NCBI GenBank assembly: GCA_965112735.1
Contig: OZ218954.1
Span: 248,001-312,000, forward strand
Origin: Phaeosaccion multiseriatum
Taxonomy: Eukaryota; Protista; Ochrophyta, other classes
Direction of reading: 5' to 3'
Length of the DNA: 64,000 nucleotides
The position numbers and the translations under genes were made by a program. The notes under the pieces were generated by a model. That model was not told where the DNA came from, ran no database searches, and saw only the letters and a program-made list of their open reading frames with translations. Positions 57,084 to 64,000 of this stretch are shown one piece after another. The stretch's first letter is position 1. The number at the start of each line of letters is the position of its first letter.

Positions 57084-58176
57084 CAGTAGGTAGGAGGATC
57101 GAGACCTTTAGCCTCTTCACCAATAATGGCCCCGCCTAAGTATTAAGTATACCACAACCTGAGAGGGGGCAGGGAGGGAGGGAGGGAGGGAGAGGTGCTT
57201 CGCCCGGCACACCTCTCAAGTCTGAAGGAGACTGTAGCCCGCACGCGTGCCCAGCAGAGGAGCGGGGGCTGACGAGACCGGGGAGAGAGGGATGGAGAGA
57301 GAGAGACAACCGATGAAGGAAGGAAGGAGGGACTTGGAAATCGCTCATCACGCTCCTCCCTTCCATCCTTTCTCCATCTTTTATGTATATAATATACTTT
57401 ACTTCGCAGTAAATAAATTCAGAAACCGATTCCATTCCGTGTCTCTCCTCGCTTCGCTTCTATCCCCACCCTCCCTCCCTCCCACCTTCTCCGCCAGTCC
57501 CTCTCTCTCCCTCTCTTCCTCCCTCCCTCCCCCGTCCTCCTTGCTCTTCTGCCAGCTGGCCTGCTGCAGTGCGACCGACCTCGATAAACCGATGTCCATA
57601 ATATATAGACGAGCGTTAGCCCAAGAGAAAGAACAAAAAAAAAAAAGTCCTCCTCCCTCTCCCTCTCCCTCGCTCTCTCTCTCTCTCTTTCTCCCTCTCT
57701 CGGTATGCTCGAGTAACCCCTCTCACCCTCACCCACTCAGGCTTAATGCCACCATCCAACCCCACGCGTGAAACAGAGAGAGGGAGAGACTCCTTCCCCG
57801 CGTGAGCGTGAGCGTGAGCCGCGTAAAGTAAACCCCCTTTCCCCACCATCCACAACGGCTGCCTGCCCATATGCCTGCCTCTGCCTTTTGCCTGGCCTGC
57901 CCATATGCCTGCCTCTGCCTCCACAACGGCTGCCTGCCCATATGCCCGCATGACGGCCATTCGCAGTGTCTCGGCACACACGCACGCACGCACACACGCG
58001 CACACGCACACGCGCCTCGCCTTGACACTGCTACACCACCCCAGCAGTTGGTGATACAGCAATCCCCCGTGTGGTTGTTCAATCATCATCATGCCAACTC
58101 CTCCGTCACACAGCCCTCCCTGTTGCACATCAAGGCACCTAGCCATCCACTGCCGTCCATTCTTTTCCTCCTACAC

Positions 58177-61100
58177 CTATGCCTTGTCACCCCCCCCCGC
58201 CCCCTTCGGAGCCCCGAACGCCTCAGCGCGTGGGAAGCGCTGGGCACACTTGGCGCGAAAGCTCTCGGCAAACTGCGCCGGGTCGCTGCCATCACTGCCA
58301 TCACTGCCCTTGTCCCCATTGTCAGCCCCGGCAGTTGGTGATACGCAGCCAAACTCCTCTCGGAGGGCCTTGAGCACCTCCGCACACCTCGACACGGAAA
58401 CCCCCCTCTGCGGAAGCACTGTGTCATCGCCATCTGTGTGGTCAGCGAGCCCCTGAATCACCAACTGGGCCACTTGGGCGAGCTGTGCCTTGCCGTGGAG
58501 CAGCCACAGTGCCCGAGCTGCGCATAGCCTTCCCTCCAAGGTGTCAGGACTGAGCCCACTGGAGTTGGTGATACAGCCAGCATGACTGCCGCCATCTGTA
58601 CCACCCACTCGTGCCACAAAGGCCGCCACAAAGGATTCCACAGTTCCATCCCCTCCTAGCAGAACGCGTCCCTCCTCTGCCAGGACAGTCGCTGCCAACG
58701 GAGACGGGGGCAGCAGCGGCGGCAGCTTCGATGCCTTTGCTGCACTAGCTGATGTGTCGCCGTTGCTGCCGCCTGTGCTGCTGCTTCCGGCTTGGGTAAC
58801 CCCACCCCCTTCCTCGCCTCCCTCCTTGCCTCCAAGCTTGCCGAGTTGGTGATACAGTTGCGCCGTTCGCAGGCACAGGCGAGGACACCACGCGTCAATG
58901 TTGCGTCCTCTCAGCAGCGCCCTCAGCGCGAGAAGCCACTTGCCTCTGAGGAAGGCGACGTCAAAGGCCAGCACGTGGGTCTCCAGGTCATCGCTTGCCT
59001 GCGAGGGAGGGAGGGAGGGAGGGAGGGAGGGAGGAAAGGGAAGGGGAGGGAAGGGAGGGGAGGGGGGGGAGGGGAGGGAGGTGAAACCAATACATAATTC
59101 ACTTTGGGGGCCCCACCCCCTCTCTCCCTCCCTCCTTCTCTCCCCTCCCTTCCTCCCTCTCACTCTCCTCTCCCTCCCTCTGTATCACCAACTTGCTCAC
59201 CTGCGCATTGAGCACTGCAACCACCTTCGCCGTCTCCACGAGGGCATCCTTGGCTGCAAGCTTCTCCCCCAGTGGGTCCTCATCAACCGGTGTCACTCGT
59301 TTCACAGCTGGCGCGGGCTTGCCCTGACTTGTTGAATCACCACCTGCTGATGCTGCCTCCTGAGGACTGCCCTCCGCCTCCTTCGCCTCCTTCGCTTCCT
59401 TTGCCTTGCCCTTGGCCTCCTCCTTCCTCCTCTTCTCCTCCTCCTCTTCCCTCTGGGCCTTCTCCTCTGCCTCCTTCTCCTTTCTCTTGGCCTCTTTCCG
59501 CAGTTTGGCTTTGGCTCTCTTCTTGTCGGCCGCGCTCATGGTGCTAAAGTCTGGCACCCCTCCACTGCCATCCCCCGCCTCCCCTCCGTTGCCATCCCCC
59601 GTCAGGAGAGACAAGTATGCCTACAAGATAACACGGGCGTTACAGAAAAAGGAGGTTGAAGTAAGTGACCTTGTGAATCCGGCACGCCTCCACTGCCACC
59701 CCCCCGCTTTTTATCCCCTCCCGTCCCTTCACCTTACCTCAACTCCACTATCATCTCTCCTCCTCCTCCTCCTCCCTCTCCTCCTCCTCCTCTTTTCCCT
59801 CCTCCTCCTCCTCCTCCTCATCCTCCTTTCCTAACCTTCTTCCTCCTCCTCCTCCTCTTCTTCCTCCTCCTCCTCCTCCTCCTCCTCCTCCTCCTCCTCC
59901 TCCTCTTTCTCTCTCTCCTCCTCTTCCTCCCCCTCCTCCTCCTCCTCCTCCACCTCCTCTGCATCACCAACCAGTGCACCTACACCTACCTGCACGATGA
60001 GCTTGGCTGCCCGGCCGTAGAAGGCGTGCCCATAGATACCGTCCTCCATACGTACCATACTTACGTAAGAGCGGAGCGTCGTCTTTCGCATGCAGTACGT
60101 GTGGAAGTCGAATTGGTCCTCCACAAAGTCCTATGGATAGATGGATGGCAGGAGATGGATGGCAGGAGATGGATGGCAGTGGATGGGTGGATGGCAGTGC
60201 ATGGATTGATGGGCAGGGGGGCAGGGCAGGGCAGGGCAGGGCAGGGCAGGCCACGCACGAGAGGTTGGGGATGTAAGCACGTTAATCAGTACTTGGTGTC
60301 AGCCAGTCCGTCAATCAGTCAGTCGGTTGTACTTGGGGTTTCAGTTTTGTCGGGTCGGCCCTTAGTTTGGGTTCCAGTGTACTCTTTTCTAACATATTAA
60401 AGTCAGTGATGTACCTAATCAAGCAATCAATCTTACGTAAGCTTAGTCATTGACATATGATACGGTACCGGTACCTGAAAGTGCTTGTCCACCGCCATGG
60501 CCTTCTTCAGGCCCAAGGCCCACTTGCCCTGTCGCAGCTGAGACTCCGCCCACGCCAGCTCATACCTTGTTACATAACAATACGTGACAAAGTGTCATAT
60601 CAATAGGGTGAGGGGGAGGAGGAGGAGGAGGAGGAGGAGGAGGAGGATGAGGAGGAGGCAAAAATACCACTTACGAAAGAGTAAGGTGAGACAGGTATGC
60701 ATATATGCAAAGCCTTTTCTTATTCTTCTCCTCCTCGATCCTTTGCCCCCAGGAGGAGAGGGTATGCATGCCCACATGACTGACACCCCTTCCTCTGCCC
60801 TGCAACTCACTTTCCCTCCCATCCACCCTCTGTCCTGACACCCCTTCCTCTGCCCTGCTACTCATCTGGTGCACCGCATACTCACGTATTGACTTACGTA
60901 TTGACTTACGTACTGACTCGCATATTGACTGGCGAACTGCCTGACTTACTCAGCCATCAAGTTTCCTTCCCTCACCTTCCCTCCCATCCACCCTCTGTCC
61001 TGACACCCCTTCCTCTGCCCTGCTACTCATCTGCTGCACCGCATACTCACGTATTGACTTACGTATTGACTTACGTACTGACTCGCATATTGACTGGCGA

Positions 61101-63815
61101 ACTGCCTGACTTACTCAGCCATCAAGTTTCCTTCCCTCACCTTCCCTCCCATCCACCCTCTGTCCTGACACCCCTTCCTCTGCCCTGCTACTCATCTGCT
61201 GCACCGCATACTCACGTATTGACTTACGTACTGACTCGCATATTGACTGGCGAACTGCCTGACTTATTCAGCCAAGTTTCCTTTCCTCACCTTCCCTCCC
61301 ATCCACCCTCTGTCCTGACACCCCTTCCTCTGCCCTGCTACTCATCTGCTGCACTGCATACTCACGTTACGTACTGACTCGCATATTGACTGGCGAACTG
61401 CCTGACTTACTCAGCCATCAAGTTTCCTTTCCTCACCTTCCCTCCCATCCACCCTCTGTCCTGACACCCCTTCCTCTGCCCTGCTACTCACTCACTCACT
61501 CACTCACTCACTCACCAGCTGCACTGCATCTCGAAGAGGGAGTACTGCGCATCCCCTCCTTCGTGTGTGGCAAAGATGGCCACCACTTTCTCCGCCTCCG
61601 CCACTCGGTCTGCCCGGAGCAGGTACTTCGTTGCCTTATTGTTGATGTACCTGCGTAGTAGTTGGGTGGAGTGTGAGTTTCAGGTTGGGTCCGACTTTTT
61701 GAGTTTGAGTTGTCATGGCGGTCGAGTTCTGCAGTGTGTTAGGTTTGTTTCGTGCGTCGGGTGAGCAGTGCCAGGACATGCCGAAGTGTGAAGTGGAGGT
61801 TAAATTCATTTGAATGACATCGAATTGTCTTTGAATCGATGCGATTGATATACAGTGTGGTGAAATTATCTTTGTCTTTGAATGATACGATCGATATAAA
61901 TATAATATATATATACATATATATATATATATATTATATATATATATATATATTTAGTGGTTTTGCACCTACTACACTGAAACGTTACCTGTCTGAGTCG
62001 TCTAAAAGGCGGGCAGCGTTCACCACGTCAGCTGCGGCGTTGTATGCCCCCATCCTGCGTGTGTGTGCGTGTGTGTGTGTGTGTGTGTATGTGTGTATGT
62101 GTGTGTGTGTGTGTGCGTGGGTGTGCGCGTGGGTGTAGGTGTGTGGGTGTGTGGGTGGGGGCGAGAGAAGAGGGAAGGTTAGATCTGTCAGGACCATGCC
62201 AGTGAGTCCCTCCTATGGAAAAAAGACAAAAATAAAAGGAGGAATACCAACCCCTACTTTGTTACGACGTGTACGTACTGCTTCCTTCAATCAGCGGTGT
62301 GCTTGCCACGAAGGAGGGGGGGACATACACACACACACACACCAACAGCCAAACACACGCACACACACATAACACACACGCTACCTCTTCTGTACGTCCG
62401 TCCGTCTGTCCCTCCCTCCCTCCCTCCCTCCTCACTCCCTCACTCCTTCCCCCCCCCCCCTTCCTCCCTTCCCCTCCCTCCCTCCTCTCTCGCCCCTCCC
62501 TCCCTCCTCTCTCCCTCCCCTCCCTCCCATCTACTGCCATCCCTCTCTCCTTACGTACTTTTTGAGGATGCGAGCCTTTCTGTGGTGGAAATCCACCCCC
62601 TTTGGCGACTGCTGAATACAAAGGTCCATCACCTCCTCCGCCTCCGCGAGTCGTCCTGTCTTCTCCAGAATTTGCCCTCGGAGGTAGTGGGCCCACAATA
62701 GACTTTTCTGCAACGCCGCCTTCTCCTTCTGCTGCGGTGATGGTGATGGTGCTGATGACGATGATGATGATGATGATGATGATGACGACGACACTAACAA
62801 TGCTGCCTCCCCTCCCTCCCCCCCTGCTGCTGTATCACCAACTGCTATAGCCGCCCCCCACTCCTCTATAAGCTTGTCCGTCAAGGCCTCAAGCTGCACC
62901 ATCACGGGGTGCCGGGCAAGCACCACAGGGTCCTGATCCAGCACCATCTCACGACTCGGAGACCCTCCTCCTGCTCCTCCATCCACTATCTCTCCTCCTC
63001 CTCCTGCTACCGCTTCTGCAGTATCACCAACTGCTGTAGCAGCGTCTACCTCTACATCTTGTACAGGGGCGGGGGTGAGCCTCTGTCTCCTGCTTGGGGT
63101 TGTTAAAAGACCCGTGAGATCCGACCCCAGGCTTGGCACTCCCTTAGCTAGCCCTGAGCGAATGTACGTCTAAAGTGAGGGAGTTGGTGATGCAGAGTGA
63201 GCAAGAGAGTGGTGGATGAAGAGAGGGGGGGGGGAGGAGAGAAGGGAGAAGGGGAAGACAGAAGAGAGAGGAGAGGAGAGGAGAGAGGGGAGAAGACGGG
63301 ATATAGGAGAGAAGGGGAGGGGAGAGGAGGGGAGAGAAAAGAGAAGGGGAAGAGAGGGGAGAATGGCGGTGGGAGGTATATGGAAGGAAGAGTGGGCGAG
63401 GGAGTGGAGTAAACGTAAGTCGGATTGATTGAGCAAAGACACGGGTATATGGGTATTGCAGAGATAGAGAAAGGAGTGCAGCAGCAGCAGCACCAGCAGC
63501 AGCACCACCAGCAGCAGCAGCACCAGCAGCAGCACCACCAGCAGCAGCAGCACCAGCAGCAGCACCAACACCAACACCACCTTGACCACCACTACCACCA
63601 ACACCACCACCAACACCACCACCACCAACACCACCACCACCACCACCACCACCACCACCACCACCTCACCCCAGTGGACCACCTGAACGCCCGAGTGAAG
63701 GCTAAGGCCCGAGTGCACTTACTTACCTCGAGTTGTGATCGGAGCTCTTCCCCCTCCAGAAAGGTGAGAGGGATCCGTTGACATGCGGCGGAGTGAGGGT
63801 ACGTCTTGCCGAGCA
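58177..63815 (-). CDS. NAA15: N-alpha-acetyltransferase 15/16, NatA auxiliary subunit (TPR), multi-exon; 5' part lies beyond the window
   Basis: Spliced segments RIPLTFLEGEEL, LLWAHYLRGQ, ARLLDDSDR|YINNKATKYLLRA, LFEMQCSW|YELAWAES, KHF|QDFVEDQFDFHTYCMRKTTLRSYV, DEDPLGEKL, THVLAFDVAFLRGKWLLALRAL. Confidence 0.95.
60775..61490. repeat. Intronic minisatellite, about 146-165 bp unit, about 4.5 copies
   Basis: CATCCACCCTCTGTCCTGACACCCC recurs near 60820, 60985, 61150, 61300 and 61446. Confidence 0.92.
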
Positions 63816-64000
63816 CTGAAGGGGGGGGGGGGGTTCGAAGGGTATGGTGGTGATATGGTGAGAGGTTGAGGGTGGACAGGGCAGCCGCATAGGGGAGCAG
63901 AGAGAGAGAGAGAGAGGGAGAGAGGGGGGAGGGGACAGAGAGGAGAGAGAGGAGAGAGGGAGAGCGGGGGAGAGAGAAAGAGAAGAGAGGAAGAAAGGGA

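Overview
Eukaryotic nuclear DNA with spliceosomal GT/GC-AG introns, GC-rich and extremely rich in microsatellites. The style suggests a stramenopile or eustigmatophyte-like microalga, but that is inference only. Most ORFs in the supplied track are repeat artefacts. Reading splice sites by hand gives 11 genes: a 3'-truncated IQ-motif protein (-), an EF-hand/CorA Mg2+ transporter (+, 17 exons), a WRKY19-like zinc-finger repeat protein (-), a PC4-domain protein (-) head-to-head with an EngB/YihA GTPase (+), an intronless FNIP-repeat protein (+), VPS51 (-) head-to-head with a sulfotransferase-like gene (+), two tandem ankyrin-repeat paralogues (+), and a 5'-truncated NAA15 (-). There are also small TCGACCC-terminated inverted-repeat elements, a perfect 50-bp intronic hairpin and a 2-kb pure (GGA)n tract. 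Four unexplained signals stand out. (1) A small fixed set of oligomers (GTTGGTGATACAG, GGATGGCAGTGGA, TGTCCTGACAC, CCCATATGCC, plus palindromes such as TACGTA, GTTAAC, ATCGAT) saturates introns and also invades exons of unrelated conserved genes on both strands and in several frames, like bacterial DUS/HIP1 motifs. (2) These motifs are oriented within introns: G-rich form after donors, reverse complement before acceptors. (3) Introns repeatedly contain decayed copies of their own splice junctions. (4) The FNIP gene and the ankyrin pair lack the motifs and vary mainly at predicted binding-surface codons, resembling a diversifying receptor repertoire.
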